Positions 9,935 to 22,214 of a stretch of DNA of 64,000 nt are shown here, piece after piece (positions within the stretch are counted from its first letter, which is position 1; the number at the start of each line of letters is the position of its first letter). A program made the position numbers and the translations under genes. The notes beneath the pieces were generated by a model. It was not told the DNA's origin. It ran no database searches and saw nothing but the letters and a program-made list of their open reading frames with translations. Source of the DNA: Squalus acanthias (taxonomy: Eukaryota); the NCBI GenBank assembly GCA_030390025.1, contig CM059438.1, positions 68,512,001-68,576,000 on the forward strand. The letters are read 5' to 3'.

Positions 9935-12490
9935 CTAGGTGTATTCTATAGACCACCAAATAGTGGGAAAGATATAGAGGAGCAAATTTGCAGAGAAATT
10001 ACAGAGAGGTGCAAGAACTATAGAGTAGTAATAATGGGGGACTTAAACTATCCTAATATAGACTGGGATAGTAATAGTATAAAGGGCAGAGAAGGGGAAG
10101 AATTTCTGAAATGTGTTCAGGAGAACTTTCTTGATCAGTATGTTTCTGGCCCGACGAGGGAGGAGGCATTGCTGGATCTGGTTCTGGGGAATGAGGTGGG
10201 TCAAGTGGAGCAAGTGTCAGTAGGTGAACATTTAGAGAACAGTGATCATAGTATCATAAGGTTTAGATTAGCTATGGAAAAGAACAGGGAGCAATCCAGA
10301 GTAAAAATATTTAACTGGGGCAAAGCCAATTTCAGTGGGATGAGAAAGGATCTGGGCCGGGTAAACTGGAATCAAAGATTGTCAGGCAAAACTGTAACGG
10401 AACAATGGGCTGCCTTTAAAGAGGAAAAGGTTCGGGTACAGTTGAGGTACATTCACACTAGGGGGAAAGGCAGGGCAACTAAAGTCAGGGCTTCCCAGAT
10501 GATGAAACAGATAGAGAATATGATGAAGCAGAAAAAGAGCACGTATGACAGATATCAGGTTGCAAATATATCTGAAAATCAGGCTATATATAGAAAGGTC
10601 AGAGGAGAAGTGAAAAAGAAAATAAGAGGGGGCAAAGAGAGGTTATGAGAATAGCATGGCAGCCAACATAAAAGGTAATCCAAAAGTCTTCTACAGGCAA
10701 AAAATGGTAAACGGGTAGTAAGAGGACTGGTGGGGCTGATTAGGGACCAAAAAGGAGACCTATGCATGGAGGCAGATGGTATAGCTGAGGTACTAAATGA
10801 GTACTTTGCATCTGTCTTCACCAAGGAAGAGGATGCTGCCATAGACATAGTGAAGGAGGAGGTCGTGGAGATACTTGATAGGATAAAAATTGATAAAGAG
10901 TTGGTATTAGAAAGGTTGGCTGTACTTAAAGTAGATAAATCACCAGGAGCGGATGAGATGCATCCTAGGATGCTGAGGGAATTGAGGGCGGAAATCACAG
11001 ACTTACTGGCCATAATATTCCAATCCTCCTTAGATACTGGGGTGGTGCCAGAGGACTGGAGAATTGCAAATGTTACACCATTGTTCAAAAAAGGGTGTAA
11101 AGATAAACCCAGCAACTACAGGCCAGTCAGTTTAACCTCGGTAGTGGGGAAGCTTTTAGAAACAGGAATCAGGGACAAAATTAACAGTCACTTGGTCAAG
11201 TGTGGATTAATTAAGGAAAGCCAGCACGGATTTGTTAAAGGCAAATCGTGTTTAACTAACTTGATTGAGTTCTTTGATGAGGTAACAGAGAGGGTTGATG
11301 AGGGTAATGCAGTTGATGTAGTGTACATGGATTTCTGAAAGGCATTCGATGAAGTGCCACTTAATAGGCTTGCCAGCAAAGATGAAGCCCATGGAATAAA
11401 AGGGACAGTGGCAGCATGGATACGAAATTGGCTGAGTGACAGGAAACAGAGAGTAGTGGTGAGCGGTTATTTTTCGGACTGGAGGAAGGTATACATTGGT
11501 GTTCCCCAGGGGTCGGTTCTAGGACCACTGCTTTTCTTGATATATATTAATAACTTGGATGTGGGTGTACAGGGAACAATTTCAAAATTTGCAGATGACA
11601 CCAAACTTGGAAGTATAGTGAACAGTGAGGAGGAGAGTGATAGACTTCAGGAAGACATAGACAGGCTGGTGAAATGGGCGGACATGTGGCAGATGAAATT
11701 TAGCGCAGAAAAGTGCGAAGTGATACATTTTGGTAGAAAGAATGAGGAGAGGGCATTTAAACTAAATGGTACAATCCTAAAGAGGGTGCACGAACAGAGA
11801 GACCTAGTGGTATGTGTGCACACATCATTGAAGGTGGCAGGGAAGGTTGACAAAGGAGTTAAAAAGGCTTATGGGATCCTGGGCTTCATAAATAGAGGTA
11901 TAGAGTACAAAAGTGTGGAAATTAGGATGAACCTGTATAAAACACTGGTTCGGCCCCAACCGGAGTACTGTGTCCAATTCTGGGCACCACACTTTAGGAA
12001 GGATGTGAAGGCCTTAGAGAGGGTGCAGAAAAGATTTATGAGAATTATTCCAGGAATGAGGGACTTCAGTTATGTTGATAGACTGGAGAAGCTGGGCTTG
12101 TTCTCCTTGGGACAGAGAAGATTGAGAGGAGATTTGATAGAGGTGCTCAAAATCATGAGGGGTCTGGACAGAGTAGATGGAGAGAAACTGTTCCCATTGG
12201 CAGAAGGGTTGAGAACCAGAGGACACAGATTTAAGGTGATTGGCAAAAGAACCAAAGGCGCTGTAAGAAAAAACTTTTTTACGCAGCGAGTGGTTAAGAT
12301 CTGGAATGCACTGCCTGAAAGGGTGGTGGAGGCAGACTCAATCTTTCAAAAGGGAGTTGGATAAGTATCTGAAGGAAAAAAATTGCAGGGCTACGGGGAA
12401 AGGGCGAGGGAGTGGGACTAGCTGAGAGTCGGCACGGGCTTGACGGGCCGAATGGCCTTCTTCCGTGCTGTAACCATTCTATGATTCTAT
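9935..12490 (+). mobile_element. CR1 LINE, 5'-truncated, ORF2 disrupted
   Basis: APE (GDLNYP, SDH) and RT (KSPG, NYRPVSLTS, GVPQGSVLGP, FADD) fragments in ORFs 10034, 10730, 11354; (ATTCTATG)n-like tail. Confidence 0.95.
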
Positions 12491-12964
12491 CCGATACACG
12501 TGGTCTCCAACTCTTCTGCTCCATGTCAAGATTTATTGGCTTTCTCCATCTCTATCAATAATATTGTGGTCATTGTCCTTCTGAACAACTATAGGTTGGC
12601 AGAGTCAAGGCATAGGGGCCTCAAAGTTTGAGCAGCAGTATTGTTGAAGTCTAACCAGCTAAAACCATGCAGCTCAGCAGAGCAGCGTATTGGTAAGTTT
12701 CCCACTGCTTCTCCACCAGATGTTTGTCCTGTAGGATTATGTGGAAGCGTCCCAGTGACTGGCCACTTTCTCCAGATTCCATTTGTGATCCTGAACTCTA
12801 GATATGCTTCATTCTTTTTTCTTCCTTCTCCTTGCATTTTCATTGCATTGAAATAAAGACTCCTTGCACCGAGGAACTGAAATCTGTGAATATCCTTACC
12901 TTCCTCTGGCTTTTAAAATCCAAGTTTGGAATCACCAAACAAGTACCATTTGATTTAATACGAT

Positions 12965-13392
12965 AGCAAAATACTGCAGATGCTGGAAATCCGAAATAAC
13001 AACAGAAAATGCTGGAAAAACTCAGCAGGCGAGGCAGCATCCGTGGAGAGAGAAACAGAGTTAACGTTTCAGGTCGAAGACCTTTCATCAGAACTGGAGA
13101 CAGCAGGAAATGAAATAGATTTAAGGCAAGGATAAAGCTGGGAAAAGGGGGAGGGGATGAAAGAACAAAAGGAGAGATTAAGAGCCATTAAGAGACATTA
13201 AGAGATGATCAAGGCAAGAGGTGGTGTTAATGTGACAGGTTGAGGCTAAAAGAAGTGTGAAATGCACTGGCAGAATGAAGGACAGCTGCCAGCTTCTGGG
13301 AGGGAAAAAAAAGGGAGGGGCAAACAAAAGGGTGGATGAAAAAATAAAATATAAATGTGATTGGGGCTGAGGTTATGATCTAAAATTTGATT
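12965..13392 (-). mobile_element. Penelope-like pseudo-LTR
   Basis: pLTR motif GATGCTGGAAAT...CTCAGCAGG...GGCAGCATC..TGGAGAGAGAAACAGAGTTAACGTTTC, with a hammerhead and purine-rich body. Confidence 0.8.
13059..13095 (-). ncRNA. Minimal type I hammerhead ribozyme
   Basis: Minus strand AGTT-CTGATGA-A-AGGTC-TTC-GACCT-GAAA-CG-TT-AACT: intact cores, stems I and II paired, palindromic ACGT stem III. Confidence 0.88.
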
Positions 13393-15786
13393 TATTAGGT
13401 CTTTTCTCCTCTTTTCAAACCTTTTGGCATGTTACACTATCGGCCTTAGGAGCTAACCTATTACTGGGTTACACTTGTATCTTAGTGTAGGATGGGATGG
13501 TCCTGCGCTTTCCATGTTGAATCTGAAAATTACCAGAATAACAGGAATACCTGCAAGTTTAAAATCTGTCCATTGTCGGCTTTGTGTTCGTTTAGTCAGC
13601 CAGCTGTCTGAAACCCATCGCCATGTTTAACAGTCTCAAATTCAAGTTGCTGAGAAATCTACTAGCCCACTTGTCGGCTTTCTGTTCACCCAAGGTGGAG
13701 TGCACACTCTCTCCCTGTACCACTTGGCTAATTCTAGAGAGCTTTGATTTAGGTTGGTAGAGCCAAGGTTTAGGGAACTCCAAGTTTGAGCAGGAATACC
13801 GCTGAAGTTTAATCAGCTAAACCCAGCTAAAACCGTGCAGCTCACCAGGGCAGCGCATGGTTAAGTTTCCTGCTGTTTGCCCCGTTCCGTTTAGATATTT
13901 GGCCTGTAGGATTACGTGGAAGAATCCCAGTGACTGGTCTCTTTCCCCAGGTTCCAATTGTGAACCAGGCTAATTGGTTAATCAGCATCAGTGGCCTGAA
14001 CACTGCAGATTTGCCTGGCCTATATCAGAGTACCACACCTCCAATGGAGTGGTGACTTAATTCTGAACTCCCATTGCCAGGTGTATCAACCTGAATTCAG
14101 AAGAGACACTCGCTCCTACCTCTTTGTTTCTCACAAGGAGTATGGTCACTCATTAGTAATTAGATCCCTGTGAGTTTGCTAGGTGGACAGCCAGTATCAA
14201 GAATTTCTCAGGTGCCGCATAAGGCATCAAGCCCCGGGTGTGCAAGCATTTGTTCTCCTGCCTATCCCAGTCGCAGTTTCCTCATCAGCTAATCAAAGGA
14301 TGCCTGCCTTCAATGTATTGGAATGACTTACACGTGTCACGCCAATCACCTTACTGTCCACCGCTGCATACCAGCCTCGCCCATCACCAATACAAGTCGG
14401 AATTTGAGGGGCTTTAACAAAGAGGTATGCCCACCATGAGGCTGACTCCCCCTCCAGTGTACTAAGTGACAGGTCGGTGTCGGCCTGAGAATTCCTTGCA
14501 AATGCTTCTGTTTTTTTTCTTGCAAGCTTGGTACTAGTTTTAGGACATGAGCCAGACAAAGCTCTTCTGTTGCATACTTCAGAGTTTTGAACAATGGACA
14601 AGAACTGTTTGGATACAACCTTTGTGCCACAAAATTGAAATTGCACTGGGACATCTTGAGTTTGAAGAAAGACCAAAGTTCCCTCCATCCCTTCTCAATA
14701 TGATACCAGATGACTGTGTCCAGGCTGAATTTAGCATCCACTAGGATCCCAGGTACCCATATTATTCAACAGTTGGGAAAGATGTCCCTTGAATCCTCCA
14801 ATCAAAACCTTTGAGATTCACTCTAGGGCAGAACAAGACTTGGGGGAATCAAAAATCCTCTGCAATTTTGGTAGGATTTTATGAGCTAATAGCTGACCCT
14901 GTGAATTATTACTGTATTTTATGGCGATTAATTGAATTCCTTCTGCAATTTTGTGAGATAATTAGTAATGTTTACCCTTTGGCCTCATTACCTTCCAAAA
15001 CCTTTGATCTTAAACAATTCTTTTCTTCTTTGTCCATGCCACCAGTCTGTTTTTTTTTAATGAATGGAGGTATGAAGAAGAGATTATATAAAGCACCAAT
15101 TAATTATAAGGCAGGTGATGTGCCGTCACCTTGTGGCTGTATTTTATTTTAGAACATTTAGGTAATTATAAGTTAATGCTATTCTGCACATCATCTATCA
15201 AAAGGATCCCAGAATTTTAGACTTCCTATTGTTTTTCTTGCAGGTTATAAGTCATTCGCTTTGCACGAGAAATTTTGGCATGACATAGATCCATTGTGAG
15301 TTAGGACAGAAGTCAGCGATCCCAGATATATTTGTACATCATCTAGGCATTTGCTGACATTTATTCCTCTGTTTGGTGTATGAAGAAAATAGATGGGTGT
15401 AAACAGATGAACAATAATAGAACTTTATTTCCAATTTTATTACTGCTCTGGGTCATGCCTGATGACGCGTTGCTTGTTACAGCCATGATTGTTAAAGGTC
15501 AATCAGGAGAGCATCGAGCAGAATTATATGGAGGAAATAGAAATGAAAGTTGAGTTATGAATTCCCTTTCAGGTCTGTGAGTTGGTTATATGAAAGAAGG
15601 ATAAGATTATCCCAAAAATTAATTAAAGCTCTGCTATTGATGTTAAACATATTTTAATCGCTGCATAATTCACATTTAAATTAACTGTTGAAACAGAATA
15701 TTAGTAACTGCAATGTGTAACCAGCAATGACAGATAAAAGATCAATATATAGTTATCTGCAATGTCTTGCACCAAAGAAACATAAT

Positions 15787-17405
15787 GGCTCAGATTTTGC
15801 TGCAGCAGGGCATCTAATGGTGTCTGTCATTAGTTAGACTTGCCCTTGCATGTTTAAGTTTTTTTTAATTTTTTGTGTGGCACATTGCTGTAAGTGTGAG
15901 CTGATCACGTGCAGCGAGGGAAACTGGGCATCTGAGTGAACAGGGCAAGCAACTGTGCATCTCCATAGCCAATCAGATTGAAGATTGTGAAATTAACAGC
16001 GCAAGGACTGAGAAGAGAGTTTAAATTAGAGTGGGTGAATTCAATGTCAAATCAGGTACAGAAAGAGAGATACAGAGGGAAAGAAAGGTTGGATTATGAG
16101 AGAGAGAAAAAAGAGACAGAAAGGAAAAGTAAAAAAAAAATGTTTACATTTTTTAAATCTCCAACAACAATTAAAACTTGAAAGAATGAGAATCCACACT
16201 TGTAATAATTACTTTTCAGTGTCAGGGAGATTGTTTGGCAGTAATTAACACTTAGCACATCATTAAAAGGGTACTTAGACTGAAATGGACAGTTTCTGTG
16301 GTGAGTTTAGTTCATATCTACCGTGCAAATACAGCAACTTCACGCCATTCAATGGGCTGGATTTTGAATCGGGGTCGGGTTGGGGTCGGGAATCACACAT
16401 TCTGGCTTGTGAACCCGCCTCCATCGAGATGTGGCCAACCCACTGTATTTTCCCTTGATTGACCTTGTTAAGCCCGCCCAGTGGGCTCAGCAGGCCAATT
16501 AAGGGCCACCCGGCAACAGGTGACGTCACAGACTGACATTTCATCTGTCAAGAGCTTTTGACAGATGAAATATCAGCGTTTGACAGCTCTGTGAAGCTGT
16601 CAAACACTGACAATATGATTTCTAACTTGAGTCCTTCCTCTCAGGCTGAGTTAGAAATCTTTCCAGCACAGAAAACAGAAGGCTGCAGGTTTTGACAGAA
16701 CCACGGCTTTCCTGCTTTCTGTGCCGGTGAGATTTCTAACTCCCGAGAACTGAAGGGCTGACACCTGCAGGAGAAAGTTAAGGTAAGTAAAACTTTTTCC
16801 AACACTTAGCACTTACCTTACACACTTACCTCTGCACACATGCACCCATCACTCACCTGGCCACCGGACATATCGACCCCTCCAACCCCTGCAGACCCAC
16901 GGCCCGCCCCGATAACTTGGCGTGGTTGCCACCTGTCAGGAAGCCCACACTTTTCTTTTTAAAATAGGGATTATGCAAAAAACTGCCTGTTAACTACCTG
17001 TTAACAGGCAGTTAATTGTCACTAATCCCTTCCCGCCTCGGGGAATCGGGTCTCAGAACAGGTAGGGTACCCGCCGCCAGAGAAACTGGCATGGAGGCGG
17101 GTTGGAGTCGGGATGGGGTCGGGACCCCCAAATCAGCAACTTTAACCGCCCCCCCACCCCCCCGACTCCAAACCCGACTCCACGGGTTATTGAAAATCCA
17201 GCCCAATGTATTTCAGTGGTGGGTCAGACAGTGAGATGCCATTTTCACAAAGCTACTGGTGGAGTGGTGCAACTCGGACAGCAATTTTCGGATATTTGAG
17301 TATAACCGCACACCTGCTCCTCGCCTGAAGTTGCTGTACCACCGGCAGATAAATAACGACAAGTGCCTTTAGCCCCACTGTTATTTTGACAGGAAAATTT
17401 GGGTC
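15787..17405. mobile_element. Harbinger MITE, family C, containing a nested family A MITE
   Basis: Ends GGCTCAGATTTTGCTG / CAGGAAAATTTGGGTC; flanks AAT/ATT; inverted homologue at 43915-44668. Confidence 0.75.
16354..17204 (+). mobile_element. Harbinger MITE, family A
   Basis: TIR GGGCTGGATTTT(G/C)AAT; TSD AAT. Confidence 0.93.
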
Positions 17406-17408
17406 ATT

Positions 17409-18172
17409 GGCCCGAAAATTAGACCTAATGCGGGAGAGTACGCACTGTGTACTCTCGCGTATTAGGTCCCGAAGTGCCGGTTTCCTGCATGCACTGTGCA
17501 TGCGCGGGAAACCGGCACTTCGGGTATTGCGAAGGGGGCGGTTCCTAAGTGAACCGCGTGCGCGCTACAGGTTGTGCGCACGCAGCGCACTTCGGGTTTT
17601 TTTCAGGTTTGAACGCACAGGTAAGTGTTGAAGATTTTACACATAAAGAAAGCAGGCGTAAGACCCCCTTTTAACAAGGTAAGTAGTTAATTAAGTATTA
17701 TTTTTAATTTTTTTCAACAGGTTTATCTTTTTTAGAGACTTTAAAGAAAGGTAAGTTTATTTTTATAACTTTTAAAAAGAATTTAAATTTTTTCAAAAAT
17801 TTTAATTTTTGTTTAAAGTGGTTAATTTATTTAACTATAGTTATTTTATTAATGTGATGGCTTTTTTTTTATTTAATTGAGGTTTAGCTGTTCTTTTGGG
17901 GGCTTGTTGTATTCATAGTTTTGACAGCTCTTGCTGTCAAAACTATGAATGAAAGATGGTGTGCTGCCATTGGCTCTAACTGGCCCACATGATCCCAGAG
18001 GTCGCTTCGAATTAACTGTGCCTCTGGGACACGCACACACTGCGCGCCGGCACCAGGGAGAGGCCCAGGAACTGAAGTTCGTGTGGGCCAAAACCATAAA
18101 GGAAGGCGCGGAGTGCGATATCGCGGGGGATCCTTACCCTCGCGGCAACCATCGAACTCCAATTTCTGGGTC
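17409..18172. mobile_element. Harbinger MITE, family B, abutting the family C MITE end
   Basis: Ends GGCCCGAAAATT / AATTTCTGGGTC; TSD ATT; homologous to 8475-9218. Confidence 0.88.
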
Positions 18173-18270
18173 ATTATCTTTTCAGGTGTAGCTCATGTCA
18201 GATCTGTTAGGGTGCCTGTTGTCAGTTTGAATGCACTGCAGTATTCAATCAGCACTCATTGTGAGATGGA

Positions 18271-19117
18271 GGGGGTGATTTTGCCAATGGGGGCGTGTTG
18301 GAGGCGGGACTGCTGCTTGTCGGGTTTTATTCCCACCTCCATCGAAGTTCGGCCAGCCCACACTATTTTCCCTTGATTGACCTTGTTAAGCCCGCCCAGC
18401 GGGCTTAGCAGGCCAGTTAAGGGAAAGCCGGTGACAGAGAACGTCAGCGTATGACGTTGCATCTGTCAAAATTTTTTGACAAGATGAATTGTCATCGTTT
18501 GACAGCTTTGAGAAGCTGTCCAACACTGACATTCTCTGTTGTTTGGTGAGTTCTTGTACTCAAGGCTCATCAAAACTATTTCCTGAGCAGAAAGCAGATG
18601 GCTGTTGCATCGGAGAATGCAGCAGCCATTCTGTCATCTCTGCCATGGAGATGCCGGAGCATCCAGATTCCCAACGATTGAAGCCTGCAGGAAGAAACAA
18701 AGGTAAGTAAACTTTTTCTAATACTTTGCACTCACCTCACATACTTACCTCTCCACACTTGCACCCATCACTCAACTCCACAGCGCACTTTTCGACCGCT
18801 CTCACCCCCGCAGACCCACTGCTCGCCTCGCTGACCCTGGCGGGGTTTCCCAACATCAGCAAGCCTGCACTTCTGTTGGAAAAATGGGGATAATCCTCTT
18901 AACTGCCTGCTAACTACCTGTTAACAGGCAGTTAAGTGGCTGTAATCCCCTTCCCACCTCAAGGAGACGGGACCCGGCACGGGTCGGGTACCCGCCTCCT
19001 GGAAAGATGGCACGGAGGCGGGTTGGGGGCGGGATGGGCACCCGCCCCCAGATTCTGCCATTATCCCAGCAGTCTCGCCTCTGAACCTGACTCCCCAGGG
19101 CTGGTAAAATCACCCCC
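18271..19117 (+). mobile_element. Harbinger MITE, family A
   Basis: TIR GGGGGTGATTTT(G/A)CCA; flanks GGA/TGA. Confidence 0.92.
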
Positions 19118-19163
19118 TGAGACTTAATTCAAAAGAATGAAATATATTCCCACTAAACATTGA

Positions 19164-19621
19164 GGGCTGGATTTTGAATGACCCATGGAGTCGGGTTTGG
19201 AGGCGTGTGGGGGGTTAAATTTGCGGGGTCGGGGTTTCCGACCCCATCCCGACTCCATCCCGCCTCCACGCAATTTTGACATAATCAGTCGCGGGGTTCC
19301 CGATTCCGTCCCGCCTCCAAGAGGCGGGAGAGGCCATTAAAGCCCTTAACAAGCTCTAAATTGGCTCTGTAATGCGATTTTGAAACGCTGTAGCTAGTTT
19401 AACCCTCTTGTGGCGTGAAGCACACCTGGTGTGAAACACTCCAGTGAAACCTGGCGGGAGCACAAGTGGATAGCCGGGAGCACAAGTGGATAGCTGACTT
19501 TCGGCTGCAAGTGCACTATTATGTGATGAAGTGAAGGTGGTAGTGGTGCTAGTAGTATTAGGTCTGAGCCTCTGATGCTGCTGCATTGAATGTCTTCCTG
19601 GGAGGACTTACTTGGCAAAAA

Positions 19622-19680
<59 letters not shown>

Positions 19681-19963
19681 CTCCCCCCCCCCCCCCCCCC
19701 CAGGTCCACTCCACTCACATCATAAGCCAGGCAACCCCTCTCTCACCAACAGTCTCTGAGACTCGGCAGTCAGTACTGATGACATCATCAGAGGCGGGTT
19801 TCAGACTGAAAACACTAATTAGTTCATGGGTTCCCACATGCTCCAATTTAATTGCCCAATTAAGTGAAAATTGCATCAGGCACCCACATTAATCTGGAGT
19901 CGGGGGGGGACACGAAATGCGGATTACACGACCCCAACCCAACCCCAAGACAAAATCCAGCCC
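19164..19963. mobile_element. Harbinger MITE with family A-like ends, containing (CT)n, poly-C and a ~20-bp tandem duplication
   Basis: TIR GGGCTGGATTTTG at both ends; TSD TGA; GGGAGCACAAGTGGATAGC x2 at ~19456-19494; (CT)n at ~19625-19677. Confidence 0.88.
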
Positions 19964-20139
19964 TGAGTGTCTCATGTCATAGGGCTCATCCCAATTCAAG
20001 AAAATGGGAGCTTCCCAAAACCGTATAACTGAAAGTTAGCTGTCTTGTGTCGTGCGGTGGCCTGTGGCCTCTGCAATCTCATGGAGTTAGAGGCCTGTGT
20101 GCTTCAGTTTCTTTTCTTCCATTCAGTCTACAATACGTG

Positions 20140-20278
20140 TAAGAACATAAGAATTCAGAGCATGAGTAGACCGTACAGCCCCTCGAGCCTGCTTCCGCCA
20201 TTCAATAAGATCATGGCTGATCTTCGATCTCAACGTCACTTTCCCACCCGATCCCCATATCCCTTGATTCCCCTAGAG
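20140..20278 (-). mobile_element. CR1/HER1-type 3' tail fragment (or HE1-like SINE tail)
   Basis: TAAGAACATAAGAA...CCCCTCGAGCCTGC..CCGCCATTCAATAAGATCATGGCTGATC, matching tails at 46279 and ~60550. Confidence 0.75.
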
Positions 20279-21229
20279 TTAGAGTGACTTCACTTGGGGG
20301 CCTATGGTTCTTCTCATACACATTGCTGGGGAGCAGTGATTGTCAAACCAGGTTCACCACAACAGAACGGCGATGCACCGAGCCAATTCTGTTTCTCAAA
20401 CTGGTGTTTCCACTGTTTCGTAGATAAAAGTAAGTGCAAAGGCTATATGACAGGGAGACACTAATAATATATTACACTTACAGAAAGCAGACAGAGTTGA
20501 TTTTAAGATCATCAGTCTGGGCTTGCCTTGTTCCCAGGTCCCATAGATGAAAGGCCACTGCCTAATGCACTGCACTACTCAGGTCCCTTAAGGCACTTTC
20601 TACATTCTCATTGAGCCATTACATGCAAGTTTTATGCACTATATGGCTGGCTTCCAGACATTTGAATCACTTATACCATCTCGGTGAGTGACTATTCAGC
20701 AACCTGGGAAGTGTGAAAGGTGCATTATTAGAAGTATGGTCTGATTATCTGGTTTTCTTTTGGGGAAAAAGACCAGATAATATGGTTTTTTTTTGGTTGA
20801 ATTCAACAAATTTACCAGCAAATTTACCTCGATTAACAAGAAGAGGAAAACCTGGCTCTTAGCGGAAAAATAAAATAACTTACACATATTTCTGAAACCA
20901 CCTTATTGCACTCTCTGAAAGTGGCAAAACAGAATTAATTATAGATCATTCTACAGAGATCAATAGTACAAAAATGTGTATAATCATGCGGTATTTCATA
21001 AATATATGCAGTTTCTGCTCAAATGCTTGGAATATGTTAGTGATCAGTTAATTCTGCTCAGTCTGCAGGGTTCTTACAGCACTGCACTGCTTCAGTCATT
21101 TCCTGCAGTTAGCATTGCTGCTCATACTGTGACTTGTTTTCATGCAGGGAGAATATAAGAGGGCTGCTGTCAGACACCTTATCAGGCATTTTTATCATTA
21201 ACATCTATGCATAACTTAAATGACATTAG

Positions 21230-21976
21230 CCATATCTTTTGGGAGTTCAAAATCCTGATTGTGCTTCAGCAAAGGAAAAAAATATAGGCCATTCTGAGAT
21301 GCTTTCAAAAAAGGTCCTGGCAAAGTCGTCAAAGAATCTTCAGCAGAAATCCTGACAAGATGACAAATTATATTTTTTTATGGATTAAAGATTCAACTAT
21401 GAATATTGAAATAATGAAGCTGTTTTGTTGAAGTTTATACCATAAATATCTTGATCTGACTTACGTGTTGAACATATGCAAAGTCTTTTAACACTCCCCC
21501 ACCGCCCCCCGCCATCTTACTTAGTAATCCATATTGGAACATGTTGAGATGGGTAATGGGTATTTGATTAGGCAAATGACAGTTTGATTTTGTCTAAACT
21601 GTTGTTCAACTGATTGTTAGAAACAGCTCTGATTTGCCTAATCAAATACCCATTACCCATCTCAACATGTTCCAATATGGATTACTAAGTAAGATGGCGG
21701 GGGGGTGGGGGAGTGTTAAAAGACTTTGCATATGTTCAACACGTAAGTCAGATCAAGATATTTATGGTATAAACTTCAACAAAACAGCTTCATTATTTCA
21801 ATCTTCATAGTTGAATCTTTAATCCATAAAAAATATATTTTGTCATCTTGTCAGGATTTCTGCTGAAGATTCTTTGACGACTTTGCCAGGACCTTTTTTG
21901 AAAGCATCTCAGAATGGCCTATATTTTTTTCTCTTGCTAAAGCACAATCAGGATTTTGAACTCCCAAAAGATATGG
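21230..21976. repeat. 747-bp near-perfect palindrome (arms 21230-21577 and 21632-21976, 54-bp spacer)
   Basis: Manual alignment gives about 5 substitutions and 2 small indels over ~347 bp. Confidence 0.97.
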
Positions 21977-22214
21977 TAGGGTGGAATCATTCCAGTGCCA
22001 TTTATTGTTAAAATATATTTATTTATACTTTGGGGGGGGTGGGGGGGGAGAATAACAATGTGGATGCAACCTTAATATTGTCTAGAGATTGATTGCCATG
22101 ATTAGCCAACAACTCCATTATCGTTGTATCATGCGACTACCAGGATGGTAAAAGGCAAACTAAATAGACCATGGACTTTTTTCATCTAGCAATTCCTATG
22201 CCTATTGTCTCCTC

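Larger units (their letters stand above)
12592..13966. repeat. Unclassified diverged ~200-bp direct repeat (12592-12791 and 13750-13966)
   Basis: Shared blocks TAGGTTGG, AAGTTTGAGCAG, CCAGCTAAAACC.TGCAGCTCA, CCTGTAGGATTA.GTGGAAG, TCCCAGTGACTGG. Confidence 0.8.

Noticed and set aside
14293..14744. Overlapping 131-aa ORFs in unique-looking sequence
   Set aside because: No recognisable domain and no consistent splice or start signals.
19394..19892. ORFs with ERERER / LSLSLS runs
   Set aside because: Artefacts of the (CT)n and poly-C tracts.
21230..21976. Palindrome as a pure assembly artefact
   Set aside because: Arms differ by several substitutions and indels; not fully excluded without reads.
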